DNA from: a bacterium
GTDB lineage: Bacteria; UBA8248
Direction of reading: 5' to 3'
Length of the DNA: 64,000 nt
Assembly: GCA_965221165.1 (NCBI GenBank)
Contig: CBDCRP010000003.1
Location: 1,440,001 to 1,504,000, forward strand
Shown here one piece after another: positions 19,001-28,544 of the stretch. The notes below the pieces were generated by a model. It was given only the letters and a program-made list of their open reading frames with translations. It was not told the DNA's origin and made no database searches. The position numbers were made by a program, and so were the translations under genes. Positions within the stretch are counted from its first letter, which is position 1; the number at the start of each line of letters is the position of its first letter.

Positions 19001-19337
19001 CCCACCAGACACTCCAGTCAGACCAGCCTTCTCCCATCTCATAGACGAAATAGAAGAAAATGACGGCGGGAACCAGGGACAAAAGATACAAAACGGGAAG
19101 AAAGTTCAACTTGCGAATCTTATCCCCGTAGATCTGAGGCATAGCACCGGCGCCGCCTATGAGAAGAATGGTATAGGCAAGAAGCATATGCATGTTGGGG
19201 TGCATTTCGCCCGGCAATGGCCGCAGATAGACTGCTGAAATGTGATACAAACCCGAGAGCACGCACAGCCATGAAGTGATGAAAACCAGAGCCCTTACGA
19301 GAGGAGCCGACTGGGCGGGGTCTGATTCAGTACTCAT
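16023..19337 (-). CDS. TRAP 4TM/12TM fused permease (TAXI type) with large extra membrane insertions
   Basis: SGSASGNVVTTGTFTIPLMK, EAAASSGGQIMPPVMGAGAF, GMGMPTTAAY and AITPPVA motifs. About 1104 aa. Confidence 0.9.
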   Translation of the reverse strand: MSTESDPAQSAPLVRALVFITSWLCVLSGLYHISAVYLRPLPGEMHPNMHMLLAYTILLIGGAGAMPQIYGDKIRKLNFLPVLYLLSLVPAVIFFYFVYEMGEGWSDWSVWWVYALPFAIWIAMMVVEKSWLALFLWFLGLVPAPILFWYWDSLPESTHEPTFWWLLIACSAIPTMWTLFAVFFRPSEGVKKAGVFLVVFFVALVLIGWRVGLWAGQSDEVRSVLSLWPVVVFAFPLFWAKRRIKEVFEEYPAHPFPAGFTIGLNAGMLFFVATACLYLFYYHEEMVDRPGAPTIGDARVGFVMIVVAIELTRRCFGPPLPTLAMISLAYGIWGNLFAPPFGHGGHTWIELQAKLSTDFIGGVLGFLVVISATFIIMFLILGAFLHESGAGRFFVNFALGLFGKMRAGAGLAAVGSSALMGTVSGSASGNVVTTGTFTIPLMKRIGLSPHIAGAAEAAASSGGQIMPPVMGAGAFIMSELIEVPYFQIIGYATIPAILYFTIVGINIHFAAGALNIKPLPASEIPSWKAELKNGWFYLVPLAFLVYFLFEGRTPVFAGVMSVFIMVGIWFYRNVTEFLGTMRRGDRTIADEVFVFVPVTFWVFTFFLFAFLSILELGFGAPLGVYGKPAWGGAIRAALALGVTGFVLISVFTRIFSWVGEFWNEIERNWLAVFPLTLLALWNAFGWSSGVAGAAIVLALLSGWSVFRGNRAQPTTTIPWYFVMIWVGAYYVQKGIYALAPPIANFGEWFVPFGFIYDALIFFGLAIIVQKVIFSFGSQESDADSATPSVKQVLAVSCNPFTYLQRAKNTGETGAGVQAAQSASNWIFSIRNALRVGGRQGAEFAVTLATIEVVVQVLSITGVGNKFAYMIETLANDICLFGAAVGGGCAYYIGLDGFFVALLLTAICCAILGMGMPTTAAYVLLAILGGPVLIKLVGPELAHVYGAEWAKEFVAAKGDRVAAHMFIFYFAILSAITPPVAIASLVAAKLAGAPYFKTSMMSLRFAIVGFIVPFLFMFDPALLTFAHPLRVALSASMTLLGFIAFSAGTQGWLLERLYKYERILLFVCFVAFILFVIFFSITMLIAGLVCGGIPLIRQIKDYKKS

Positions 19338-19646
19338 ATTTCTCCTTCTTTCTCCACCGTGGTGGTTCATCATGGTGAAACGAAGCTATTGATGTGAAAA
19401 ATTTCATTCTAGCGGATAGGCTCATCGTTTTGCCAGCGACTCAGCGACTCATGATAATTCTCATGAACATTCCGAATTCCGTATTTCTCCATCTCCATGA
19501 GCCTTCCAATCTTCGTACTTGACCAAACCATATGGTTTTGCTTTAGAATAGCCGCCTCAGCATACATTCATGAGTTTCGATATGATGAATCGAAGCGAGA
19601 GTTGGTCTAACCAGTTTCATTACCCTACCTCAAAAAGGAGATACGA

Positions 19647-20615
19647 ATGAGGAAATCTACACTTAGGCTGATTACGCTGGCGGCAGGCCTTGCCTTGGTT
19701 ATCGGCACGGCCCCGGCGGCAAACGCAGCCAAAATACTTCTGGGTACGTCTCAGCCCGGCGGCGCCACCTTCGAGATTGGAACCGCGATGGGCAAAGTCA
19801 TCACCGATAACTCGGGCGGAAAGATTTCGGTATCTGCATCCATTACCGGCGGTTCCACCGCAAACGTCCGCACCCTTCAGAAAAAGAACAAAATGCAGCC
19901 TTTCCGCATAGGCATGGCCACTGCGCCGGCCGTTTCGTGGGGGCAAACGGGTAGAAAACCATTCAAGAAACCTCAAGACGTGCTGGCGTTAGGGGCCCTA
20001 TACCCATTGACGACTGTCTATACAACTTTTAAAACCTCCGGAATTAAAAAATGGTCCGACCTCACAGGAAGAAGATTTGTCGTCGGCGGTCGCGGGGGTT
20101 CCATTTATATCGTGACGCAGCTTGCGCTTAAACACAGTGGCGTGAATGCGAAAAAAGAGTTCTTCAACAATCCCCAGAATGCAGCCGCCATCAGAGACGA
20201 AAGAGTGGACGCGGGATTTTTCTTTCTGAACGCGAACGTTCCCGCACCCGTGTATATGGAACTCGCGCGCACGCTTTCCGGCAAACTTCATTTCTTTGGT
20301 CCGGATGAAGCCACCATCAAAGCACTGGCTACGAACGAAGCGGGCATCGTGCGCGATGTCGTGACCGCCGGCTCCATTCCCGGATACAAAAAAGACGTCG
20401 TAAGCTGGGGTCAGATGTGGACTTTGATGACCAACAGCGTAATGAGCAACGACAACGCATACGGGATCGTCAAAGCCCTGTACGACAATCACAAGCAAAT
20501 TACCAAATACCACCCAACCGGAAAGTTCGTCACCAAAAAGACCGGCCTTCGCGGCATGAAGAAACTCAAAATTCACCCGGGTGCCGCTCGTTACTGGAAA
20601 GAATCGGGCATGTAA
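19647..20615 (+). CDS. TAXI family TRAP solute receptor
   Basis: Signal peptide, TGGSTAN, GIKKWSDL.G.R and IHPGAARYWKE. Confidence 0.92.
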   Translation: MRKSTLRLITLAAGLALVIGTAPAANAAKILLGTSQPGGATFEIGTAMGKVITDNSGGKISVSASITGGSTANVRTLQKKNKMQPFRIGMATAPAVSWGQTGRKPFKKPQDVLALGALYPLTTVYTTFKTSGIKKWSDLTGRRFVVGGRGGSIYIVTQLALKHSGVNAKKEFFNNPQNAAAIRDERVDAGFFFLNANVPAPVYMELARTLSGKLHFFGPDEATIKALATNEAGIVRDVVTAGSIPGYKKDVVSWGQMWTLMTNSVMSNDNAYGIVKALYDNHKQITKYHPTGKFVTKKTGLRGMKKLKIHPGAARYWKESGM

Positions 20616-20631
20616 GCATCACCGAAACGCT

Positions 20632-20663
20632 AAAAACCCCCTGCCTCGGCGGGGGGTTTTTTT
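20632..20663 (+). terminator. Rho-independent terminator
   Basis: AAAAACCCCCTGCC-TC-GGCGGGGGGTTTTTTT downstream of the TAXI gene. Confidence 0.85.
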
Positions 20664-20756
20664 GTTGGCTCGTCATGCTGCTCGCCATCCACGATGAAAA
20701 TGATGTTAGAGTCGAATCTTATCCACATGCCGACAATTCATTCGCAGGAGAAAAAA

Positions 20757-21365
20757 ATGAGCACATCCGGTTTTGAAACCTTCCGCCTGGTTAAGCCCGA
20801 TGAGGCCGAAGGAGAAGTTTCGCAAATTTACGACGAGATATGCCGACTGAAAGACCCGCGCTGGCTGGGGCCTTTGTTCGGGTTCTTCGCCCACGTGCCG
20901 GGTCTCCTCCGAGGGTTCTGGGAACTGCAAAAACGCCTGGAAGTTTTGGACGGCCACATTTCACGCGAGTTGACCAATCGCATCGCGATGGTTTGCGCGG
21001 TCGCTTCAGACTGCCCTCGTTGCGTGAATTTCCACAAAACAGACCTCATCCACCGCATGGCACTCGACGAGATCGAAGTGGAAAAACTGCATGACTTTGA
21101 AAATGCCGAATTGCCCGAGGCGGAAAAAGCGGTTTTCCGCGTGGCCAGAAAACTCACGCTCAACGAACAACTAAGCGATGAAGAGTTCCAGGCATTACGC
21201 GCGCACGGCTTTGACGAGCTAGCGATCGTGGAGATCGTCTCGGTCGCCCTGCTGGAGAGTGGCTTTGCGCGTCACGCGAGCGTTTTGGCGCGTTTCGAAG
21301 ACGGGATGGACTGGCCGGCGCAACACACGCCATCCGCCGAATACCGAAACGTCATCGACCGGTGA
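20757..21365 (+). CDS. AhpD/carboxymuconolactone decarboxylase family peroxidase-related protein
   Basis: CPRCVNFH (CxxCxxxH) motif and LRAHGFDE..IVEI. SD AGGAG. Confidence 0.8.
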   Translation: MSTSGFETFRLVKPDEAEGEVSQIYDEICRLKDPRWLGPLFGFFAHVPGLLRGFWELQKRLEVLDGHISRELTNRIAMVCAVASDCPRCVNFHKTDLIHRMALDEIEVEKLHDFENAELPEAEKAVFRVARKLTLNEQLSDEEFQALRAHGFDELAIVEIVSVALLESGFARHASVLARFEDGMDWPAQHTPSAEYRNVIDR

Positions 21366-21403
21366 AGACGTATGACCATGGATTTGAATTTCTGAGAACA
21401 GGT

Positions 21404-21664
21404 TTATTTTGAGGTATGAGATTGAGACGGAACGCTCATCTGCGAATGCGCATTCTCATCGGCTCGGCTTGCCCGTAGGTTCTTTTTCAACCGCAAAAGC
21501 GATTTTGACGACACCTTTTCCGAAACATCCCGGGGCGTTTCGGCAGGATAGTTGTATAGGGTTACCAAACAGGCATCCGTCTTCCCGCGTGATTCACCGG
21601 CGGCTACGCTTGCCATACCCCCAAGAATGATAACAACAAACCCCATCATTTGAAGACAGCGCAT
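21404..21664 (-). CDS. Hypothetical small secreted protein
   Basis: Signal-peptide-like MRCLQMMGFVVIILGGMASVAA after GAGGGA. No recognised domain. Confidence 0.3.
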   Translation of the reverse strand: MRCLQMMGFVVIILGGMASVAAGESRGKTDACLVTLYNYPAETPRDVSEKVSSKSLLRLKKNLRASRADENAHSQMSVPSQSHTSK

Positions 21665-21904
21665 GAAAAATCCCTCATGAAAATTCCGTCGAAACACATA
21701 CTTGGACATCATACCACGATTCTTGATGAAATGATTATTCAACTTAATCCTCTTAAAATTGCCTTGTTGAAAAACAATTCCAAGCCCTATAGAGTATGCC
21801 AAGTCTCCAAAAATCGGCGCTTTACAAATATGGCGCGTAATGGTACGCATTCGTGCGCCAATTTATGCTGAATCTATCAAACCTTATTTTGGAAGTGACC
21901 CTTC

Positions 21905-23863
21905 GTGTCAGAATCCAAGAATTTGCTGAAAATGGAGAAAATCGACAAGTCCTTTCCGGGCGTTCATGCGCTCAAAGAGGTCGATTTTGATCTCATAGAA
22001 GGCGAAGTGCACATTCTTTTGGGCGAGAACGGGGCCGGGAAATCCACGCTCATCAAAATTCTGGCCGGCATCTACCACGCCGATTCAGGCGGAATCGAGA
22101 TCAGCGAAACACCCACCGTTATTCCCGACGCCAGAACCGGACGCGATTTGGGAATCAGCGTCATATACCAGGAACTGAACCTGGTGCCCGATTTGAGCGT
22201 GGCGAAAAACATCTTCCTGGGCCGAGAACCGGTCTTGCCCGGCATCATGAAGCGCGTGGATTGGGCCAGAGTCGAACAGGAATCCCAAGCGATCATGGAG
22301 CGCCTGGATGTGAGAATCGACGTCAACGCGCCGATCCGCTCTTTAAGCGTGGCGGATCAGCAAATGGTGGAGATCGCTCGCGCCCTTGCCTTTGACTGCA
22401 AGATTCTGGTGATGGATGAGCCCACGTCTTCTTTGAGCGGACATGAAATCGAGGAGCTCTTCAAGGCGGTCAAGCTGTTGCGCGAACAAGGCGTCGGCGT
22501 CATCTACATTTCCCACCGACTCGAAGAAGTCCATGAGATCGGAGATCGCGTCACCGTCCTGCGCGATGGGGAATACATGGGCACATGGGAAGTGAAGGAC
22601 GTGGAACTTGATTTCCTGATCACGCAGATGGTGGGACGCACACTCGATGAGAAATTCCCCTGGACACCCCGCGAGCACGGGGAGGTGGCGCTGCGCGTGC
22701 GTGGACTCACCCGAAACGGCGTATTCGAAGACATCGATTTCGACCTGCACTATGGTGAAATCGTCGGCCTTTCGGGTCTCGTCGGCGCGGGGAGAACCGA
22801 GGTGGCGCGGGCCGTCATGGGCGCGGACCCCGTGGATAGCGGCACCGTAGAGATGACCCGTGCGACAAAAGAGAAAGAAGAGATACAAAAACTCCCCCAC
22901 TATCCGCTTTGGATGGCAATCGTGGACGTGGCTGTCTTTATGCTGGCCTTGCCTTTGTTCACCGTCATTTTCCAGGGAATCTACGATCCGGTCACGCTGA
23001 ACATGAACTCACCGCCACCGCTGTTCAGCGGCAAGTGGTTTTATGAATGGATCATCGGCGGGCCATTATACAACATCCCAAATGGACCCATCCCCTACAT
23101 CGTCGCCACCGGGTTGGTCGTCATACGGCAAGCGGGTCTCTGGTTCATGGAGCGGCAGTACCATTGGCGCACCTTGGGCATCGACTTCGCAAAATGGTAC
23201 GCCCTGGCGATAGGCGCGATGGTCGTGACGAGTTTGTTCACTCAAAATTTCGTTCTCGAATGGGTCATGATCTGGGGTGGCGTCGCCATGGTTCTTCTTC
23301 GATTTTTGAAAACCCTCACCCATGAGCGCAAGTGGACTCCAAGCCTGGCCATACAACGAGGGCTCGGGCTATTGCCCGAGGATAGAAAAACCCAAGGCCT
23401 CACCCAGGTTCTCTCGGTCGCCTTTAACACCACAAGCGCGAACCTGCGCCGCCTCATTAAACGCTGGCTGCTCAATCTGAGCTTGGAAAAAAACCTCGTG
23501 GATGTGCACATCAATCAGCTGAAAATCATGACGCCGGACCAGGAGACGCAACTACGCTTCCTATCAGGCGGCAATCAGCAAAAAGTCGTTCTCGCCAAGT
23601 GGCTCTTCAGACGCGCCAATGTGCTCATCTTTGACGAGCCGACTCGCGGGATCGACATAGGCGCAAAATTCGAAGTCCACACGCAGATGCTGCAACTCGC
23701 CAAAGACGGCGCCGCGGTAATGATGATCTCAAGCGAACTGCCCGAGATTCTCGGGATGAGTGACCGCATTTTGGTGATGCGCGAGGGACGGCTCACCGCA
23801 GATATCGACAGGGATGAGGCAACGCAAGAACAAATTCTGCGTTACGCCATGACGGCGGAGTAA
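21905..23863 (+). CDS. Sugar (CUT2/RbsA-like) ABC ATP-binding protein with an internal membrane insertion
   Basis: GENGAGKST, MDEPTSSL, YISHRL, GLVGAGRTE, PEDRK, LSGGNQQKV and DEPTRGID. 652 aa. Confidence 0.92.
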   Translation: MSESKNLLKMEKIDKSFPGVHALKEVDFDLIEGEVHILLGENGAGKSTLIKILAGIYHADSGGIEISETPTVIPDARTGRDLGISVIYQELNLVPDLSVAKNIFLGREPVLPGIMKRVDWARVEQESQAIMERLDVRIDVNAPIRSLSVADQQMVEIARALAFDCKILVMDEPTSSLSGHEIEELFKAVKLLREQGVGVIYISHRLEEVHEIGDRVTVLRDGEYMGTWEVKDVELDFLITQMVGRTLDEKFPWTPREHGEVALRVRGLTRNGVFEDIDFDLHYGEIVGLSGLVGAGRTEVARAVMGADPVDSGTVEMTRATKEKEEIQKLPHYPLWMAIVDVAVFMLALPLFTVIFQGIYDPVTLNMNSPPPLFSGKWFYEWIIGGPLYNIPNGPIPYIVATGLVVIRQAGLWFMERQYHWRTLGIDFAKWYALAIGAMVVTSLFTQNFVLEWVMIWGGVAMVLLRFLKTLTHERKWTPSLAIQRGLGLLPEDRKTQGLTQVLSVAFNTTSANLRRLIKRWLLNLSLEKNLVDVHINQLKIMTPDQETQLRFLSGGNQQKVVLAKWLFRRANVLIFDEPTRGIDIGAKFEVHTQMLQLAKDGAAVMMISSELPEILGMSDRILVMREGRLTADIDRDEATQEQILRYAMTAE

Positions 23864-23885
23864 TCCGTATCTGGAGACATATTTA

Positions 23886-24899
23886 ATGAGTGCAGCAGTT
23901 TCTACCGAGAATGAAAAATTAATTCTAGGATATCCTGTCAAGGATATGCCTTGGGAGCGTATACTCCTCATTTGCGCGTTTGCCGTCTTGATGCTCTTCT
24001 ACACTTTTGCGACCGAGAATTTTCTCACGCTCGAAAACTTCGTAAACGTCGTGCGCCGCGACGCTTGGCTCTTCTTCATCGCCTATGCGCAAACGTTGGT
24101 CATCGTCTCGGGAGGGTTCGATCTTTCACAGGGTTCGATCATGAGCGTGGTGAGCGTGATGGCCTGGAGCGCGATGCTGCACTTCGGGTTTTTCGTCGGC
24201 CTTATCGCCGGCCTCGGCGTCGGCCTGTTGTGCGGCGTCATCAACGGATTCTTCGTCGGCGTGATGAGGGTGCAGCCGTTCATCGCCACATTGGGGATGC
24301 TCTTCATAGGCAGCGGCGCGGCCCAGCTTTGGACCGGCGGCCTTCAAATGGGAGGCGCGCGCGAGGGCGCAACGCTGCAAAAGCACGTGGAAGAAGCATA
24401 TGTCTTTTTGGCGAAAGGAAACCTGGGCCCCATTCCCTTTACATTCATCTGGATACTCATCGCACTGGGCGCCATGTGGTATCTGCTCAAATACACCCGC
24501 TTCGGCACCTATGTGTATGCCTTGGGCGGAAACGAGCAAACGGCGATTTCCGCAGGCATCAACTTTCCCGCCATGAAGATTGCCATTTTCGGTATAGGCG
24601 GACTTCTGTGCGGCTTTGCAGGGCTTCTGCTTTCAGCGAATATCAGTGCGGCGGGCGAGCCGAGGCTGGGCGGCGGCGATCAATTGCTCCAATCCATCGG
24701 AGCCACCATTATCGGCGGCACCCATATTTTCGGCGGCCGAGGCGGCGTGCTGGGCACGACGCTGGGCGTTTTCCTGATCATATTCCTGGTAAACGGTTTG
24801 AACATCATGGGAATCGACACCTACCGGCAACAGATCATCGTCGGTCTGGTGATTCTCTCATCCATTTGGGTCAGCACCCTGCGCGAGCAGAAAAACTAA
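23886..24899 (+). CDS. Sugar ABC permease (RbsC-like)
   Basis: SGGFDLSQGS, PFIATLG, TRFG.YVYALGGN and IIGGT..FGGRG. Confidence 0.92.
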   Translation: MSAAVSTENEKLILGYPVKDMPWERILLICAFAVLMLFYTFATENFLTLENFVNVVRRDAWLFFIAYAQTLVIVSGGFDLSQGSIMSVVSVMAWSAMLHFGFFVGLIAGLGVGLLCGVINGFFVGVMRVQPFIATLGMLFIGSGAAQLWTGGLQMGGAREGATLQKHVEEAYVFLAKGNLGPIPFTFIWILIALGAMWYLLKYTRFGTYVYALGGNEQTAISAGINFPAMKIAIFGIGGLLCGFAGLLLSANISAAGEPRLGGGDQLLQSIGATIIGGTHIFGGRGGVLGTTLGVFLIIFLVNGLNIMGIDTYRQQIIVGLVILSSIWVSTLREQKN

Positions 24900-24914
24900 G
24901 GGAGATTCTACATA

Positions 24915-25910
24915 ATGGCGAATGTAGCGGAGGCTCCGGCCAGACCGTCCGCCTCCTTGTTGGCCACGTTCAATTACGAGAAATACGGCTTGCTGGCCGT
25001 ATTCATCTTGATGATGGTCATTTTTTACATCCTTCAGTTGATGGGCTACGTGAACAACTTCATCGAAGCCCATAATCTGACCAATCAACTCAGAAACGCT
25101 TCCCTGCTGTTCTTTATCGTCGCCGGGCAAAGCATGGTGCTTCTGGTCTCGGGCATCGATTTGAGCCAAGGCTCCTTGCTGAGCCTCTCGAGCGTGGTGA
25201 TGGCGCAGGGCATCCTGGACTTTGGCCTTGCCGTGGGCGTGTTGATGGGTATCGGGATGGCGACGATGTTCGGCTTCATCAACGGCTACCTCGTGGGCCG
25301 CGTAAAGATACAACCCTTCATCGTCACCTTGAGCATGCTTTTCATCTGCGCCGGCATCGCCCTGGTATTCACGGGTGGGCGCACGATCCACCAATTTACG
25401 GGCGAGCAAAAAGATATCTTGCAAACCATCGGTCTCACGGACTTCTTCCATATCCCCGGCACGCTGTTCATCGCCATTGTCGCTTTCGTCGCTCTCTACC
25501 TGCTGACGAAACGCACGGCGCTGGGCCGGGCGATCTACTTGACCGGCGGTAATGAAGAGGCCGCGCGCCTTTCGGGCATCGATACCGGCAAGGTGAAACT
25601 CATTTGCTACTTGATCAGCGGCATCTGCGTGGGCATCACTTCGTTCCTCTATTTGGCGAGACTCCCGGCCACGAACGGCCTCGCGGGATTTCAACTCGAA
25701 TTCCAATCCTTGGCGGCCACCGTGGTGGGAGGCACGACGTTCCACGGTGGCGAAGGCGGTGTGGCGCAAGCTGCTATCGGGACGCTGTTCCTGACATTTT
25801 TGCTCAATGGCCTCATTCTCCTGGGTGTGGGCACATTCGCCCGGGAGGTAGTGGTAGGCGTTTTGCTCATTACGGCTGTGGTGTTGAGTTCACGTAAAAG
25901 GCAGGAGTAA
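24915..25910 (+). CDS. Sugar ABC permease (RbsC-like)
   Basis: GIDLSQGS, PFIVTL, GGNEEAARLSGI and VVGGT.F.GGEG. Confidence 0.92.
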   Translation: MANVAEAPARPSASLLATFNYEKYGLLAVFILMMVIFYILQLMGYVNNFIEAHNLTNQLRNASLLFFIVAGQSMVLLVSGIDLSQGSLLSLSSVVMAQGILDFGLAVGVLMGIGMATMFGFINGYLVGRVKIQPFIVTLSMLFICAGIALVFTGGRTIHQFTGEQKDILQTIGLTDFFHIPGTLFIAIVAFVALYLLTKRTALGRAIYLTGGNEEAARLSGIDTGKVKLICYLISGICVGITSFLYLARLPATNGLAGFQLEFQSLAATVVGGTTFHGGEGGVAQAAIGTLFLTFLLNGLILLGVGTFAREVVVGVLLITAVVLSSRKRQE

Positions 25911-25999
25911 AAAATAATCTCAGGTGCAAGCTATTTTTCCCTTTCGCGGAGGAGAGCGCTTCCGTCCGTGAAACCCATTCTGCGAGGAGGAGATTCAAG

Positions 26000-27058
26000 A
26001 TGAATAAACTGTTTCGCTCTTTCATGATTCTCGCTTCTGTCGTCACATTCCTGTTCGTGTCGATGGCAGCAGCACCGGACGCCGATGCCCGGGTGAAGGC
26101 GAAGAAGAAATACAAGATCGCCGTGGTCGTGCCGAACGGCGTCGACCCCTATTTCTTCTCGAAATGGTACGGCAGCGTACTGGCGGCCAAAGACGCCGGC
26201 GTAACCGTGAAGATGTTCGATGCGGGTGGCTACGAATTCCTGCCCAAGCAGGTGGCCCACGTTGAGGACATCATCGCGGCGAAGTACGACGGTATGATCA
26301 TCTGCCCCATCAGCACCAAGGGCATGGTGAACGCCGTACACAAGGCGATGGACAAGGGCCTCAAGGTCGTCGTGGACAATATCGACCTCGACAGCAATCG
26401 CGTCAAAAACCGCGTCATGAAAAACAGCTACGAGTTGGGCCTTCTCATCGGCTCCACACTGGCGCACGCCATCGGGTACCAGGGCAAAGTGATGCTGCTG
26501 CCCGGACCCAGCGGCATCGAGATGGTGACCTCCATGGCCAAAGGTTTTGAGGATTACATGAGCCACTATCCCAAAATCAAGGTCGTGGCCAAGGAATTCA
26601 CCAAGTCCAACGTGCAGGCCGCCTACCAGACGGCGGAGGATCTGCTCAAGAAACACCCGGACGTGAAAGGCATCTACCCATGGGCGACGCTCATCGCCCG
26701 CGGCACGGTGGATGCCGTGAAAGCGGCCGGCTATAAGCCCGGCCAGATCAAGATCGTGACGCACAACCTCCTCGTCGGAATCGAAAAGGACATTCGTGAC
26801 GGGTGGGTGCATGCGGCCGTTTTGGCCGAGCAGATCGCCATGGCGAAAGAAGCCGTTTACAACGTGATCGATCTGATTGAAGGGCGGCTACCTCCCGGCG
26901 CGCCTAGCCGCGGCGGCACACTCACCTACATCCAGAATTACATGGCCTTCAAGCACAACCTCGACATTCTGGACCGAAGCGGCATCGAGGCGCCCAAAGA
27001 GTGGATGATCAAGCGCCAAAAGCGCGCGGCGAACATCGTGGGCGGCAAACGCCGTTAA
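26000..27058 (+). CDS. Sugar ABC periplasmic binding protein (RbsB-like)
   Basis: Signal peptide, DPYF, and LLKKHPDVKGIY type I periplasmic-binding pattern. Operon context. Confidence 0.88.
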   Translation: MNKLFRSFMILASVVTFLFVSMAAAPDADARVKAKKKYKIAVVVPNGVDPYFFSKWYGSVLAAKDAGVTVKMFDAGGYEFLPKQVAHVEDIIAAKYDGMIICPISTKGMVNAVHKAMDKGLKVVVDNIDLDSNRVKNRVMKNSYELGLLIGSTLAHAIGYQGKVMLLPGPSGIEMVTSMAKGFEDYMSHYPKIKVVAKEFTKSNVQAAYQTAEDLLKKHPDVKGIYPWATLIARGTVDAVKAAGYKPGQIKIVTHNLLVGIEKDIRDGWVHAAVLAEQIAMAKEAVYNVIDLIEGRLPPGAPSRGGTLTYIQNYMAFKHNLDILDRSGIEAPKEWMIKRQKRAANIVGGKRR

Positions 27059-27080
27059 GCGTCACGCTCTCAGAAAGACC

Positions 27081-27111
27081 AAAACCCCGCCGGTTACCCG
27101 GCGGGGTTTTT
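27081..27111. terminator. Bidirectional Rho-independent terminator
   Basis: AAAACCCCGCCGG-TTAC-CCGGCGGGGTTTTT between convergent genes. Confidence 0.85.
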
Positions 27112-27132
27112 CTGTAAATCGCCTCGATTCGC

Positions 27133-28215
27133 CTACAAATCTTTTACATACACGCTGAGCCCCATCCGCCCGGTCGAGCCACCGGGCTGCGGGTCGGAAA
27201 TCTCATCCGTCTGCAATTCTCCTGCGCCATCCACGGCCCGCACCGTCGCCGGATAGAACCCGTTTTCCCTAAAACGCATGGGAAACGCCCAGACACGCCA
27301 CGCAAGAGGCCCGAGAGGCTTTTTGAGTAAAGCAGACGCCCAGGGGCGCAAGCCCTTTCCCTGGCCATACGTGACTTCCACCTTGCGGATTCCCCGCTCT
27401 CCGGCAAAAGCGGAGCCCACGAGCCAGACTTCGGGCGTGCGAACCTGAACGCGCCTTCTGGGAGCCTCGAAACGGCTGAGCGTCTCGACGATAGCCTCAT
27501 CCGACCAGCCGCGCTTTTGCCAATAGCCGCCATGCCCCTTGGTGGAGATTTCGACCGATTCGATCCACTTCACGTTCTTGAGGCCATAGGCGCCCGGCAC
27601 CAGGAGCCTGAGCGGAGCGCCATGATCCCGAGGAAGATATTCCCCGTTCATCCGGATGCAAAGAAGCGTTCTCGGATCCAGGGCCCGATCGAGAGATATG
27701 GAATCATGATACCCATCCGCTGCGCGAAAGATGACCCTGGCGGAGACCGAGCGGCGAACATTTTCCGCCACGCCTGCGCGCTCGATGAGAGTTTTGAGCG
27801 GCACTCCTCCCCACAAGGCGTTCCCTATCTGCCCCCCGCCCACCGGATTTCCGATACAAGTCATCGTCGCCCAGGTTTTCTCCCGTCTCAGCGCATTCAT
27901 ATCGGATAAAGAGGCGGAGAACGGCGCGGCCACCTCGCCCTTTATTTCAAGCCGCCATTCCCGACGAGATATCCTCGGTGATGAATGGCCGATGCTCTGC
28001 ACGTAGAATTTCTCATTCGCCGTGATTTCAGGAAGAACGCGCGCGGCGAATTCCAGGACTCCCTCCCCGGGTTCGGGGGTCTCGACGGGGCGGCTGTTCA
28101 GCCAATCGAACAGATGGCCCATCATCGAGGCTTGCGCGTCGCGAGGAACCCCGATGACGGCCAGAGGCGCAACCCTGACCGCAACCTGCAATACACTCCG
28201 CCTGGAAATGTTCAT
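27133..28215 (-). CDS. Sulfite oxidase family molybdopterin oxidoreductase, Tat-exported
   Basis: SRRSVL, TMTCIGN (Mo-ligand Cys), GNALWGGVPL, HGAPLRLLVPG.YG.KNVKW and GYWQKRGW, plus a C-terminal dimerisation domain. Confidence 0.9.
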   Translation of the reverse strand: MNISRRSVLQVAVRVAPLAVIGVPRDAQASMMGHLFDWLNSRPVETPEPGEGVLEFAARVLPEITANEKFYVQSIGHSSPRISRREWRLEIKGEVAAPFSASLSDMNALRREKTWATMTCIGNPVGGGQIGNALWGGVPLKTLIERAGVAENVRRSVSARVIFRAADGYHDSISLDRALDPRTLLCIRMNGEYLPRDHGAPLRLLVPGAYGLKNVKWIESVEISTKGHGGYWQKRGWSDEAIVETLSRFEAPRRRVQVRTPEVWLVGSAFAGERGIRKVEVTYGQGKGLRPWASALLKKPLGPLAWRVWAFPMRFRENGFYPATVRAVDGAGELQTDEISDPQPGGSTGRMGLSVYVKDL

Positions 28216-28544
28216 GGAGCCCCTCCGCTTGGTGAGCAAACGCCTCTCATTTTACTATAGCTCCTTCGATTCCTGAAATTTCCACATTTCAACTCCTTGG
28301 AAAAGACATTCTCGAACTCGCGCCATTTTATCCGGTCGAAGATCATTGCGCACGATGATGCCTTGCCAGTGGAGGCATATACAATGGCCCATATACAAAT
28401 GATTTGGTCTCATTGCGGCGTTATGATAGATTGATGCAATCGATCCTGAAATGAATACTTCGGTACGAAAATAGAATTCCGGCGGATGATGCGCAAATTG
28501 ACGTCACCTCGAACGATGCCGACTGAGGAATCACGAGGTTTTCC

